Shown here one piece after another: positions 30,425-40,136 of a stretch of DNA of 43,135 nt. The DNA comes from a virus. The translations under genes and the position numbers were made by a program. The first letter of the stretch is position 1. Each line of letters starts with the position of its first letter. The DNA lies in IMG/VR virus record IMGVR_UViG_3300045988_012292, positions 1-43,135 of that record. One strand, 5' to 3'. The notes under the pieces are model-generated. The model was not told the DNA's origin. It did no database searches and saw nothing but the letters and a program-made list of their open reading frames with translations.

Positions 30425-30664
30425 TTACTTCGGTTCGCTCCTGCGGTTGGCCTCAAAGGCTTCCTGCTGCGCCGCCTGTGCCTCCATCAGGCACTCGTAG
30501 ACCGGCAGCGGTACCTGCGTCCGCTTGCCGCGCGGCACCTGAAATGTCCGGCCGTTCACGCCGACAAGCTGGAACTGCTGTTCGTTGTTGCCCGCCCGCG
30601 GCAGCGTGATCTCCCGCATGTCCTTCCACGGGTCATACGCTTCGGTCACTTCGGTCTTTACCAT
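30425..30664 (-). CDS. Small head-module protein, hypothetical
   Basis: 79 aa, directly downstream of the capsid gene. Confidence 0.65.
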   Translation of the reverse strand: MVKTEVTEAYDPWKDMREITLPRAGNNEQQFQLVGVNGRTFQVPRGKRTQVPLPVYECLMEAQAAQQEAFEANRRSEPK

Positions 30665-30679
30665 TGCTGTGCTCCTTCC

Positions 30680-31774
30680 TTAGTTCGCCGGGTCTGTCGC
30701 GGAATACGCGCTCAGGCTTTCAATGCGCACCATGCGATCCTCGTATAGGATCTTCGCCGCGCCCTCATACTTATAGCCGACGGTGCTGAACTGGTTCAGC
30801 GGGCCGCCCGCCTCGTCCTTCGTCTTCACGATCATCTCCATGTTGCCGCCGTCCGGGTCGATCATCGCAAAGGCGTCCTTGCCCATGACCAGCGTCGCGT
30901 ACACGCTGTAATAGACCGCCGGGTTGCCGCTCGCAGCCTCCGTCTTGACCGGGCATGTGCTGTCGTTCCAGATCTTCTGGTTCGTCGATTCGATGAACCG
31001 CACGCCGTGCAGCTCGCCGATCTCGCCGTTGAACATCTCGGTCGTCGCAGCGTACTTGTGCGCCTCGATCCATTCCTTGCTCTGCCGCAGGTCGTATGCG
31101 ACGGACGGATGGATGACGGCGACATACTTGCCGTTGATCGTCGGCGCGTGCATCTTCTTCAGCGTGGTCACGGCCTTGTTGATCTCCGTCGGCGTCAGAA
31201 CCGACGTCGTGTCCATGCCGCTTCTCGTGGTCACTTCGGTGTGCACGCCCGTCGTCGCGTTCACCTTATCGCACAGCTGCTTCACCGTGCCGCCCACGAC
31301 CTCGTTGCGCACCATCTTGTCCACGCTCATGCCGCCGGACGCGCCGAGCTCTTCGGTCGCGCCGAGGATGGCGTTGTCAATGGCGTGCAGTTCCAGCTGG
31401 TCGGAGATCGTGACGTACAGGCCCTTCTGCACGATGTCCTGCGTCATGCTGGACATGCCGAGCTTCTGGCCCGTCGGGATGACGCCCTCGGTCAGCGTCT
31501 CCGCCTCCGGCAGCGTGTTCCACTTGCGCCATTCCACGCTCTTGCCGTGGTTGCGCGGAAGCGCCTGTTTCTTCGCCAGCTGCGCGAAAATGAGTTCCGG
31601 ACGCGCATTCTCCAAGAGCTGCGTGTCATAAAACGTCTTCATCGTCGGCGTCAGTTTGTTGGTCGTGTCAAACGCCGTAGTCGTGCCCGTGTATGCGTTC
31701 ACATAGTTGCCGGTCGCGTTGACCAGCGTACCCGCATCCGCGAAAAACTGGAATCCAATGTTGCTGTTACCCAT
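30680..31774 (-). CDS. Major capsid protein, N4-gp56-like (HK97-fold) family
   Basis: Start MGNSNIGFQFF with SD GAAGGAGGAAAAAATC. Contains MKTFYDTQLLENARPELIF..GKSVEWRKWNTLPEAETLTEGVIPTG..YVTISDQLEL..GEIGELHGVRFIEST. The longer ORF-track N-terminus is Arg-rich junk. Confidence 0.8.
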   Translation of the reverse strand: MGNSNIGFQFFADAGTLVNATGNYVNAYTGTTTAFDTTNKLTPTMKTFYDTQLLENARPELIFAQLAKKQALPRNHGKSVEWRKWNTLPEAETLTEGVIPTGQKLGMSSMTQDIVQKGLYVTISDQLELHAIDNAILGATEELGASGGMSVDKMVRNEVVGGTVKQLCDKVNATTGVHTEVTTRSGMDTTSVLTPTEINKAVTTLKKMHAPTINGKYVAVIHPSVAYDLRQSKEWIEAHKYAATTEMFNGEIGELHGVRFIESTNQKIWNDSTCPVKTEAASGNPAVYYSVYATLVMGKDAFAMIDPDGGNMEMIVKTKDEAGGPLNQFSTVGYKYEGAAKILYEDRMVRIESLSAYSATDPAN

Positions 31775-31793
31775 GATTTTTTCCTCCTTCTTC

Positions 31794-32651
31794 TCAGAGG
31801 ACGATTTTTTCCCCCCTCTGAACCCTTCTGATGATGTCCTCGCGCTGCTGCTTCGACCAGCTGCGCGGGTCTGTGTTTGTGAATTGCCCGCCGTTGGCGT
31901 TCCCGCCGATCTCGGCAGGCCGTGCGCCCTGCGCGGCAATGGTCTGCATGACGTTGTTTCTCGCCTGTGCTGCCACCACCTGCGCTTGCGCTGCCTGGAT
32001 CTCTGCCATGTGTACCACTTCGTAGGCTGTCTTCGGCGGGACGTTCGCCGCAATCAGCCTGGCGAAGTCTTCGTTTGCCATCTCGGCCTCAAAGCTCGTC
32101 CCGTACTGCCCGGCAACATCCCGGTCAAATGCCGACCGGATGCCGTTGAACTGCTCCTGAAGCTGGTACTCCTGCAGCTGGCGGCGCATCCCTGCGGTTT
32201 CCGCGCGAGAAGCATACTCGCTGCGCACCGCGTCAGCCGTCGAGCCGCGTTCCATGGCTTCTGCTTCGTAGAGACGGTTATCCGCACCGAACTTCTGCGC
32301 CAGCGCCGCATAGTCGATCTTTCTCGGGTCTGAGGTGTCAATTCCATAGAGCACGCCCAGCCGGTCGACCACCGGAGCCATCGCTTCGATCTGCGCCTTC
32401 ATCGCCCCCTGCCCTTTGAGCCGCTGCTTCACGGCCTTCTGTACCGCCGCGCCGACTGCGCTGTCGTACTGCTGCTTGTACTTTCCCGCGATCAAGCTCT
32501 CAAAGGTCTCCTCCTGCTGTCCCTGAGCGTCCGGGACGTTGGCCTGCTGCTGCGGCGCTTGCGCCTGTGCCGGAGCTGCCTGCCCGCTCATCTGCTGACC
32601 GGCGACGTCAGCCGCGCCCACCTGGGGCGCTCCTGCCATAAGTTCCTCCAT
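31794..32651 (-). CDS. Scaffolding protein
   Basis: 285 aa, Q/A-rich and helical, between portal and capsid. The C-terminal ..RPAEIGGNANGG..SKQQREDIIRRVQRGEKIVL is typical of Firmicute phage scaffolds. Confidence 0.7.
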   Translation of the reverse strand: MEELMAGAPQVGAADVAGQQMSGQAAPAQAQAPQQQANVPDAQGQQEETFESLIAGKYKQQYDSAVGAAVQKAVKQRLKGQGAMKAQIEAMAPVVDRLGVLYGIDTSDPRKIDYAALAQKFGADNRLYEAEAMERGSTADAVRSEYASRAETAGMRRQLQEYQLQEQFNGIRSAFDRDVAGQYGTSFEAEMANEDFARLIAANVPPKTAYEVVHMAEIQAAQAQVVAAQARNNVMQTIAAQGARPAEIGGNANGGQFTNTDPRSWSKQQREDIIRRVQRGEKIVL

Positions 32652-32733
32652 AAAGCAAGTCCTTTCTGACTTTCTAATTTCAGTCTACCATGCGTTTTTT
32701 GTGATTTCACCCCACGCCGGCAGATCGGTTTTT

Positions 32734-34668
32734 TTATTCCGGCTGCGTGGCCTTCTGCGCCTGTTCCCGCGCGTTTTGTACCTTCGTCGGCTCCTGCTGC
32801 TCGCCGGTTTTGATCTCTGCCAGCTTTTCATCCTGCGGAGCCTGCACGGCCTGTCCGCCCTCCATCAATACCTGTTCGGCCAGCGCCTGCCCGAGCGAAG
32901 GATCATATCGATCTGCCACGGCAAGCGCCATCTGCTGCCACTGCGCCAGACGCTCCGCAAGGTCGGCGTTCTCCTGAATCTTCTGCACGATGCTGTCCTT
33001 CCCGTCGAAGTCCATCATGTCCAGCGTCGCGAGCGCCTGATCCACCATTTGCGGATTGAAGAAGCCCAGCTGGAAGAATTGCAGCGCCAGCTCGTTCTGC
33101 GCCATCGCCGTATATTCGCTCGCCTTCTGTGCCGAAACTTCGATATCAAATACCGGCTTCCGCATCCCGTCCGGCTGCCCGTCCTTGCCATAGAGCGGCT
33201 GCATCTGCAGCCCTTGGTTGGAATACTGCACGAATTCTTCCGCGCCGCGCTGCCCCACAATGCGGAACTGACGCGGCAGATCGTAGAATTGCCGAATTCG
33301 CTCAATCACCATGCGGATGAGCCGCGCATAAGCCCGGTATGCCGACTTTGTGCTGTCCTTGCTCGACCGGCCCGATGCTTCCTGCAGCGCCGCAATCGCG
33401 GAGGCCGCCGTCACACCGGAGCTTGTCGCGCCGTTGTTGACGTCCGTGTTGCCGGTCGTCCATTTCAGTTCCTCGATCTTGTTCTGCAAAATTGTGATGT
33501 AGTTCGCGCTCAACGGGTTTACCTGGATCTGCATCAGCGAGTCCTGACTGAGATTGCCGTCCACGTGCACAAAAGGCTTCGTCCAGTCCGCAAATTCTTC
33601 CTCGTTTACCGCGCCGTCGCTGCGCCGAAACCACCGGGGCGACGCCGCCATAATTGCGTTCTTGATGATCGCCTGATTCATCCGGTCGATCTGCTCCTGC
33701 GCGCTCTTGCCGATGTCGATGTAGCCATAACCGGCGATGCTGCCCTCCACCGGGAACAGCGCATCCACCACAAACGGATAATCCCCGTCGTCGTAAAGGC
33801 CCGTCTCCGCCATGGGGCTTCCGACCGGCGTCTGCACAACCGAGCCGTCCGGCATCTGCTGCGTGCTATATTTCTGCTCGCCGTCGTTCTCGGTCGCCAG
33901 CAGTACGTTGTCTCCGACGAATTTGCAGAAATGCAGCACACTCTTGCCGCCCCGCCACTTCTTGTAGTACCAGTCCACCACCATGCTTTTGTTGTCCGTC
34001 GGCACGGTGTCATCTGTGTTGTACTGCTGCATGATGTTGCCGGTCGATTTCAGCTTCCCTTCCAACTCCGGATACTTGGCCGTCAGGATGTCGTTGTCGA
34101 CCAGCTCCGTCACAAAGACGTTTTTCGATTTCTGAATGTCTGTGATCCCCGGCTCCCAGAAAAAGCTCAGAATGTCTACCGCGTTCACGGCGATGTCGCC
34201 GATTCCGTTCAGCTTGGAGCTGTCCCAGCTCACGTGCCAAACGAGCGTTCCCTGCTTCAGCTTCGTCCACTGGCTGTCCGAGTAGACTTCCTCGAAATCG
34301 TTCTGTTCTAGGATCACCGGCAGGATGGACGAGAGCCGCTTGGCTTCTCCACGGTCGTCCGGCTCCCTTGGCCGGACGGCGGGCGCAGGGTATGCCGCGA
34401 TCGCGTCCGCGTGCTTTCCCATGATGACGTTAAAGAGCCATGCGCTCGCCCACTTATCGTCCATCGGATTCCCTTTTTGAATCTGCCGCCAGCTCTTGAG
34501 CCGCCACCAGTTTTCGCTCGCCGTCACGCGCGCTTCAAGGTTTGCCTTGCCCGCCTTGTATTTTTGCAGCGTGGCAAACGCCTGCCGCACCTGCGCTTCA
34601 CCGATCGGCTGCGTCAGCACCGGCGCCATCTGTTCATTCTCCATCGTCTGCATGTTCTGTTCCTGCAT
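32734..34668 (-). CDS. Portal protein
   Basis: Start MQEQNMQTMEN with SD AAGGAGGAAGCCG. 644 aa. N-terminal LQKYKAGKANLEARVTASENWW. Position (portal, scaffold, capsid order) fits. Confidence 0.75.
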   Translation of the reverse strand: MQEQNMQTMENEQMAPVLTQPIGEAQVRQAFATLQKYKAGKANLEARVTASENWWRLKSWRQIQKGNPMDDKWASAWLFNVIMGKHADAIAAYPAPAVRPREPDDRGEAKRLSSILPVILEQNDFEEVYSDSQWTKLKQGTLVWHVSWDSSKLNGIGDIAVNAVDILSFFWEPGITDIQKSKNVFVTELVDNDILTAKYPELEGKLKSTGNIMQQYNTDDTVPTDNKSMVVDWYYKKWRGGKSVLHFCKFVGDNVLLATENDGEQKYSTQQMPDGSVVQTPVGSPMAETGLYDDGDYPFVVDALFPVEGSIAGYGYIDIGKSAQEQIDRMNQAIIKNAIMAASPRWFRRSDGAVNEEEFADWTKPFVHVDGNLSQDSLMQIQVNPLSANYITILQNKIEELKWTTGNTDVNNGATSSGVTAASAIAALQEASGRSSKDSTKSAYRAYARLIRMVIERIRQFYDLPRQFRIVGQRGAEEFVQYSNQGLQMQPLYGKDGQPDGMRKPVFDIEVSAQKASEYTAMAQNELALQFFQLGFFNPQMVDQALATLDMMDFDGKDSIVQKIQENADLAERLAQWQQMALAVADRYDPSLGQALAEQVLMEGGQAVQAPQDEKLAEIKTGEQQEPTKVQNAREQAQKATQPE

Positions 34669-34852
34669 CGGCTTCCTCCTTTTCCTCTTTTTTGTGGATC
34701 TGCTCCGCTTGGATCTGCCCAATCGCCATCCCGTGCAGCTCTGCCATGAGCGGCTGCAGCACCAGTTCCACCACCACAGGCGGCAGACCGGATTCATTGA
34801 TGTCCTTGATCAGCTTCTCCCGCAGCGCCTCGATCGCCATTCCAATTCCCAT
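34634..34852 (-). CDS. Small acidic protein upstream of the portal, hypothetical
   Basis: 72 aa. It overlaps the portal start by 35 nt. Confidence 0.5.
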   Translation of the reverse strand: MGIGMAIEALREKLIKDINESGLPPVVVELVLQPLMAELHGMAIGQIQAEQIHKKEEKEEADAGTEHADDGE

Positions 34853-34863
34853 GTTGCTCCTCC

Positions 34864-36099
34864 TTATGTAACCTTCGTTCCGTTAACGTATAGCCCGGAT
34901 TCAGCGTAGATGCTGACCATCCCGCCGCCAATGGTGATCGATCCATTCGTTCCGCCGCCCTGTGCACCAAGATAGACGTTTCCAGCAGACGTCAGTCTCA
35001 GTCCGTTCGAACCGTACACTTCCATGCCCGGGTTTCCCTGTGAATTATAACTCCCATACAAAATCCCTTGCGACCCAACCGTGACCGTGTTCCCCGCCAG
35101 ATTCCCGCTGTACTGCCCCTGCGCTGTAACATAGCCCATCAGCGCGCTCAGCTGCGAATACACCGTTTGTGTCAGATAGTTCAGCTGTGTCGCGATCTCG
35201 TTCCCACCGACATACAGACTGCTCGCCGTAATGGTCCCCGAAATGCTTGCGCCGCTCGCCGTCAGATTCCCGCTCGCGTCGACCTTGAAATTGCTGCCGA
35301 GGCTCAGCCCGCTCGTTCCGAAATACAGTCCGCCGGACGCGCCCCATGTGTTGTGGGTACGGTAGATGCTGCTGTCCGATACCGTCCACGGCCCGATCGT
35401 CGATCCGCTCGCCGCCGTCAGCGTCCCGGATAGCACCGCATTTGTCGCTTCCAGCGTGCCGGACGGGAAGTGCAGCTTCTTATCCGTGAGATACGCCACT
35501 TCGCTTCCACTTTGCCAGAAGGACAGCCTCCCAGGCGTCACGGTCACGAGCTCATTTTTCTTCTGGTCTACCACGGTCTCGCCGTCTTTCGTCACCGTGG
35601 TCTCGATGTTGCCGACGCCCACGCCGTAGACCGGCACTGCGCCGTTGTAATAGAGCAGCCCGGTCTTCACATATTGCTGTGACTTCACCGTGAAATCATT
35701 GTTGATGCCCGCCGCGTAGTCATAAAGCTGCCGGATGCCGAATTCGTTTCCGTCAATGGTCATCGTGGCCTTCTGCCAGTACTTCCCGAAGTCCGATACC
35801 GCGACATAATTGCCCGAGAGCTTCGTCTGAAATTCCTCGCTGTTCGCGGCGGCGTAGTCCGCCGTCTTGATAATCAGCGCCTTGAGCTGCCCAAAATTCC
35901 CGAGCTGCGTCTTCCGCTCCGCGTCCGGCAGGCTGTCCGCATCAATGGCCCGCGACACTTCCTGCAGCACCGCGCCCGCCGACCAGTCCGCGAGGTTGAG
36001 CTGATCCGTCAGCGTGCGGAGGTAGCGCCGCATGGATTCCAGCTGCTCCCCGCTCGTCTTTCCGGCAATGGATGGGTACGCCAATTTCATGCTGCCCAT
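34864..36099 (-). CDS. Tail fibre/spike-like structural protein
   Basis: 411 aa with an N-terminal helical part, then Gly/Ser/Thr-rich beta-like repeats (GTLTAASGSTIGPW, ASGNLTASGASISGTITASSLYVGGNEIA). Confidence 0.55.
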   Translation of the reverse strand: MGSMKLAYPSIAGKTSGEQLESMRRYLRTLTDQLNLADWSAGAVLQEVSRAIDADSLPDAERKTQLGNFGQLKALIIKTADYAAANSEEFQTKLSGNYVAVSDFGKYWQKATMTIDGNEFGIRQLYDYAAGINNDFTVKSQQYVKTGLLYYNGAVPVYGVGVGNIETTVTKDGETVVDQKKNELVTVTPGRLSFWQSGSEVAYLTDKKLHFPSGTLEATNAVLSGTLTAASGSTIGPWTVSDSSIYRTHNTWGASGGLYFGTSGLSLGSNFKVDASGNLTASGASISGTITASSLYVGGNEIATQLNYLTQTVYSQLSALMGYVTAQGQYSGNLAGNTVTVGSQGILYGSYNSQGNPGMEVYGSNGLRLTSAGNVYLGAQGGGTNGSITIGGGMVSIYAESGLYVNGTKVT

Positions 36100-36115
36100 C
36101 GTCGCACCTCCTTTC

Positions 36116-37876
36116 TCATGCGTCGCTTCCCGCTTCCAGCACGCGCGTCAGGCCGTATAGCTTGATCTCGCCCTTGCCCGTCATGCGGAATTGCATGTGG
36201 TCGCACCGGCAAGGTCGAATCGGCAGCAGGAACGTCCGCAGTCCTTTCCCGTCCAGATGTCCGCTGTGCCGCCACTGTCCGTCTGAATCGTACTGAATCC
36301 AGAAATCCATGCTGCTTCCTTTCGGCAGCTGCATCCGCAGATCGAGCCGCGTGATGTACTTCTTCCCGGCGAGGCCGTATGTCATCATCCCGGTTTCCGC
36401 CATCCACTCGACGGCCCCTTCCAGTTGTCCGGACGACCCATACAGACAGTCTACGTGCTTCTCGCTGTCCAGGCAGTAAAGCTCATCGTCCACGCGGGCA
36501 AACTCTGCCGCGTGCAGGCTGTCCTCCTTGTGCCAAAGTCCGCGCCGCGTGTCGTAGCAGAAGAGCGCCCAGACGTTTTCTCCATCCCGCATCGAGATGT
36601 AATACTTCCCGCGCGCCCCTCCGGCCACGGCCTCATAGTAGAGTGTGTTTCCGAACGCGCTGCCGATGTTCTCCGGCATCCCGCCCGTGTAGACGCAGAC
36701 GCCCATGCGCGACTTGTAATAGAGCCGGTCATCTACCACAACGAGGCTCTTTTCCGATCCGCGCTGCACGCCCTCACATTTCTGCACGACGACCTGATGT
36801 GCGCCCTGTGCAGATGGGTATACCCGGTGGAAGCAGTCCTCCTTGAAGAAGATCGGGCTGTCAGCCAGCGTCGCCGCGCCCGTCCATCTCCCATCCGTGC
36901 CGCAGCTCGCGCGCCAGCTGTCCGTCGCCACGCCCTCATAGCACTCCCAGTTCTTGAAGTCCCCAAGCTTGCAGCAATAAAGCTCGTTCACGGTCTCGCC
37001 GTCCACCACGCCATACTTGCAGCCCCAGAGCCGGTTTCCGCTCTCGGTCACATGGTCCATGTCCGGCACCTTCCGCTCAGTCTTTACCGTCCCGCTCGTC
37101 AGCTCCGTCGTCTGGTCGACAAGGCCCACGATCACGATGTAGCTTTCCGCCACGTCGTATAGGATGTGCGAGCCGTTGAGCGCTTTCACCTGCTCACTTC
37201 CGGTCAGCCCGCTCAGCTGGATTCCATCGTACTTGGAAAATCCCTGTCCGATGCCGTCCGCCGCGAGCTTGAGATAGACCGTCGGCACCGACACCCATTG
37301 CGAGGTTGTCGCCGCGTACTGCTTCAGCGTGTGCACGCTTCCGCTCGTGTCGATCCAGTATTGGCCGTTTGTCGCGTTCTCCGGCTGATTGCTCTGCGTA
37401 TAGCTCACCGTGATTGCCGTGCCGTCCACCGTGCAGAGCGAAATGCCGAGCTTCCGGCTCGCGCCAAGCGCCACGCTGTTTGCGTGCCCCATGTAGCCGT
37501 TGTCCGAATACTTTTCCGTGTTAAAGTAAATGCCGTCCGGGAAGATGCAGAGATACGCGCCCATCGACACGATCTGCTTCTTCCCGCTCGTGATCTGCAC
37601 CGCCGTCATATACTCTGCCATCGAATAGCCGGAGATGTAGAGCTGTTGGTTGTCGATCCAGCAAAGCGCATCCCGCGAGATAAGCGCCTGCGGGCTGTTC
37701 AGCTGCCGGTCAAAGCTCCGCTTCGGCCTCTGGCTCAAAAGCGGGTAGTGCTCCGAGCACAGATTTTTCATGTCGTAAAACTCGCCGTCTCCAATTTCGA
37801 GATTGTGGTTGTACCCTCCGAAGGCTTCGGTTGTCACCGAGCTTTTCTCGGTATCTGTCAATGCTGGCATCAGCAT
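36116..37876 (-). CDS. Large tail-associated structural protein (beta-propeller-like repeats)
   Basis: Start MLMPALTDTEKS with SD AGGGGTGGGG. 586 aa. It has repeated ..LY.. / W..G.. blade-like segments and an N-terminal GGYNHNLEIGDGEFYDMKNL. Confidence 0.5.
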   Translation of the reverse strand: MLMPALTDTEKSSVTTEAFGGYNHNLEIGDGEFYDMKNLCSEHYPLLSQRPKRSFDRQLNSPQALISRDALCWIDNQQLYISGYSMAEYMTAVQITSGKKQIVSMGAYLCIFPDGIYFNTEKYSDNGYMGHANSVALGASRKLGISLCTVDGTAITVSYTQSNQPENATNGQYWIDTSGSVHTLKQYAATTSQWVSVPTVYLKLAADGIGQGFSKYDGIQLSGLTGSEQVKALNGSHILYDVAESYIVIVGLVDQTTELTSGTVKTERKVPDMDHVTESGNRLWGCKYGVVDGETVNELYCCKLGDFKNWECYEGVATDSWRASCGTDGRWTGAATLADSPIFFKEDCFHRVYPSAQGAHQVVVQKCEGVQRGSEKSLVVVDDRLYYKSRMGVCVYTGGMPENIGSAFGNTLYYEAVAGGARGKYYISMRDGENVWALFCYDTRRGLWHKEDSLHAAEFARVDDELYCLDSEKHVDCLYGSSGQLEGAVEWMAETGMMTYGLAGKKYITRLDLRMQLPKGSSMDFWIQYDSDGQWRHSGHLDGKGLRTFLLPIRPCRCDHMQFRMTGKGEIKLYGLTRVLEAGSDA

Positions 37877-37988
37877 CGGCCCCACCCCTTTCATTCATGT
37901 ATTCACCGTTATGCGCCCATTCTCCGGTCTTTCCTCCGGGAATTTTTGTGCCTTCTCGCATATTCATTCGCTTTTCTGTGCATATTTT

Positions 37989-39347
37989 TCATTGCTTTTT
38001 CATCTGGTTCAGCGGATCAGCCCAAATCGGCTGCGCCGGAGCCGTCTGCATCGGGCGAATCGGCCTGCTCATGCAGAAGTACCGCCATTCGTCCGCCACA
38101 TGATCCTCCATGCTCGTGTCGAGATCTTCAACCTTGTGCTCGTCGTATACCAGAATCGGAATCGTGCGGATAAACGCCTCGCAGTTGCGGAAAACATACA
38201 TCCGCGGGTATCCGTTCTCGTCGAATTGCAGCCGGTAATGGCATTGCATCCATCCCGCGATGCGCTCGTTGTCGCCCTTGGTGAAATACACGCCGTACCG
38301 TGCCGCTGTCTGCTCGATGCTCTCGCCGCGGCTCGCGTCCCAGATTGCCGGGTCTGCAATGCCTGTGATGTCCTTTCCCTTGAGCCATGGGTGCTGCCGC
38401 TCGATCTTCGCGATCTCCGCAAACTGTTTGTCCGGTGTCCATTTCACACCTTCGTTCGGTGTCTGCGTGCAGCCGTACAGCTCCAAAATGCGGTAGATCA
38501 CGCCGTCGTAGTCCACCGCCCACCATGCGCAGGAGAACGGTTTCCCATAGCCGAAGTCGTAGCTCCGGCAGATCGTCCACCCGCTCGGAATCTCGAACGG
38601 ATCGATGACGTGCGTGCCTTGCCGCGTCTGGTATCCGTCCGGGTTGTTGACGAAATCCTCGAAGAACTGTCCCTCGTAGACGTCCCATCGCCCGTCGAGC
38701 CACGCGGCCCGCAGCTTCGGCGGCAGATTCTCCAAACTTCGGATGTAGTCCGGCTGCTCCCGCAGCAGCGCCTTGTTGTCCGTGACCTTCGCTTGTATGA
38801 AGGAATAATCCTCCGGATACTCGTCCGGATTGAAAATGCGATCGACAAACAGCCGCTTGAAATAGCCATGGCTCGGCCCACCTGGGTTCAGCGTGTAATA
38901 TGTCCGCTTTGGGAAACTGTTCGCGCCGCGTACGCAGGCATTGATCTTCTTGATCCATTCCTCGCGGAGCTGCGCCGCTTCGTCGATGAAGATCACGTCA
39001 TACTCCGCGCCCTGATACTGGTAGAGGTCGTTGTCCTTTGCGCAGTAGCCGAACGCGATGCTGCTGCCGTTCGGGAAACGGAAGATCTTTTCCGTCTGGT
39101 TGTACTTTGCAAATCCCTTCAGCTCTGTCCGCAGCTGGTCGATGTGGTTGTTGCGCAGCTCCGGCCTCGTCCGGCGCACGATCAGCTCCTTGATCCCCGG
39201 GTATCGCAGCGCCAGCAATTTTGACTTTGCGCGCACCGCCCAGCTTTTCCCGCCGCCGCGCGCGCCGCCGTATGCGATGTGTCTGTGCTTGTCGGTCATA
39301 AAGAGCCACTGCTTCGGCTGTACCGTGCCGATTGTCAGCGTTCTCAT
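37989..39347 (-). CDS. terL: Terminase large subunit
   Basis: Walker A GGARGGGKS, Walker B DVIFIDEA, and a C-terminal RNaseH-like nuclease region (SYDFGY..ADPA..DHVADEWRY). Confidence 0.9.
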   Translation of the reverse strand: MRTLTIGTVQPKQWLFMTDKHRHIAYGGARGGGKSWAVRAKSKLLALRYPGIKELIVRRTRPELRNNHIDQLRTELKGFAKYNQTEKIFRFPNGSSIAFGYCAKDNDLYQYQGAEYDVIFIDEAAQLREEWIKKINACVRGANSFPKRTYYTLNPGGPSHGYFKRLFVDRIFNPDEYPEDYSFIQAKVTDNKALLREQPDYIRSLENLPPKLRAAWLDGRWDVYEGQFFEDFVNNPDGYQTRQGTHVIDPFEIPSGWTICRSYDFGYGKPFSCAWWAVDYDGVIYRILELYGCTQTPNEGVKWTPDKQFAEIAKIERQHPWLKGKDITGIADPAIWDASRGESIEQTAARYGVYFTKGDNERIAGWMQCHYRLQFDENGYPRMYVFRNCEAFIRTIPILVYDEHKVEDLDTSMEDHVADEWRYFCMSRPIRPMQTAPAQPIWADPLNQMKKQ

Positions 39348-39778
39348 TCGCTGCTCTCCTCCAGCTCCCGGTCAATCTCAATCTTCACGCCTTGCGTCTC
39401 CCGGTTCTTGCTGTCCTCTGTGTCCCGCGCATATCCAAACCCGTATGCAAGTGTGAACTGTGCGCCGCGCTGTGCATCCCGGTCAAAGAGCCGTTCGGCT
39501 GCGTATTGTTCCACGCGCAGGCGCGCGCGCGTCACCGTGTCCACAAATTCGCGCTTTGCCTTGTAGTTGAGCAAGCTCTGCCGCGAGGTAAACCCGAGCG
39601 CCAATGCAAGTCCCTGAATGGTCATCGGCCTTCCGCCGACGTATACCGGCTCGCCGTTCTTGTTCAGCATCGGCGTTCCATCTCCATCTCGCAGCAGCTC
39701 CGGCTCGCAGCTTGCAAAATAGGCGTCGATCTTCTCCTGCATTTCCTCTGCCGATGTGAATGTCGGTTTCCGTCCCAT
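39344..39778 (-). CDS. terS: Terminase small subunit
   Basis: MGRKPTFTSAEEMQEKIDAYF..MTIQGLALALGFTSRQSLLNYK (HTH). ATGA overlap with terL. Confidence 0.8.
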   Translation of the reverse strand: MGRKPTFTSAEEMQEKIDAYFASCEPELLRDGDGTPMLNKNGEPVYVGGRPMTIQGLALALGFTSRQSLLNYKAKREFVDTVTRARLRVEQYAAERLFDRDAQRGAQFTLAYGFGYARDTEDSKNRETQGVKIEIDRELEESSE

Positions 39779-39838
39779 CCGGCGTCACCTCCCTTCGCTT
39801 TTAAGCATAAACCATGCTTTTCGGCTTTTCACCCCACG

Positions 39839-39870
39839 CCAAAAGAGCGCCCGGGCACCCCCGCGCGCTT
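39839..39870 (-). terminator. Probable terminator between the early/middle genes and the packaging operon
   Basis: On the minus-strand RNA, a GC-rich hairpin (gcgcgcggggg..cccgggcgc) is followed by UCUUUUGG. Confidence 0.4.
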
Positions 39871-39887
39871 CCTCTGTGCCAATATCT

Positions 39888-40094
39888 TTATGCCTGCCGG
39901 TCGAAATATCGCAGCTTTGCCGCCGCGACGCTGCACTTCCGGTAATCATAGCTTGCGCAATACCGGCTGATGTACTCTGCCGTGTCGCAGCTCTCCCGGA
40001 AGCAGAGCGTGCAGCCGTCTTCGCACTTGATCGTCTTTTTGCCAGCTGCCGCCCAAAATGGGCAGATGTACGCCCTGTGCCAGTAGTCGCTCAT
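39888..40094 (-). CDS. Cys-rich small protein, hypothetical
   Basis: Start MSDYWHRAYICPFW with SD GAAGGAGG. Eight Cys in 68 aa. Confidence 0.6.
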   Translation of the reverse strand: MSDYWHRAYICPFWAAAGKKTIKCEDGCTLCFRESCDTAEYISRYCASYDYRKCSVAAAKLRYFDRQA

Positions 40095-40136
40095 GCTCCG
40101 CCTCCTTCGTCGTAAAACTTTACTCATTTACAAGGC

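Noticed and set aside
28719-39224. Long plus-strand ORFs opposite the head and packaging genes (28719..30500 at 593 aa, 32701..34311 at 536 aa, 37803..39224 at 473 aa, 37166..38173 at 335 aa).
   Set aside because: Same reasoning. They lie antisense to clearly identified terminase, portal and capsid-module genes, and their composition is junk-like.
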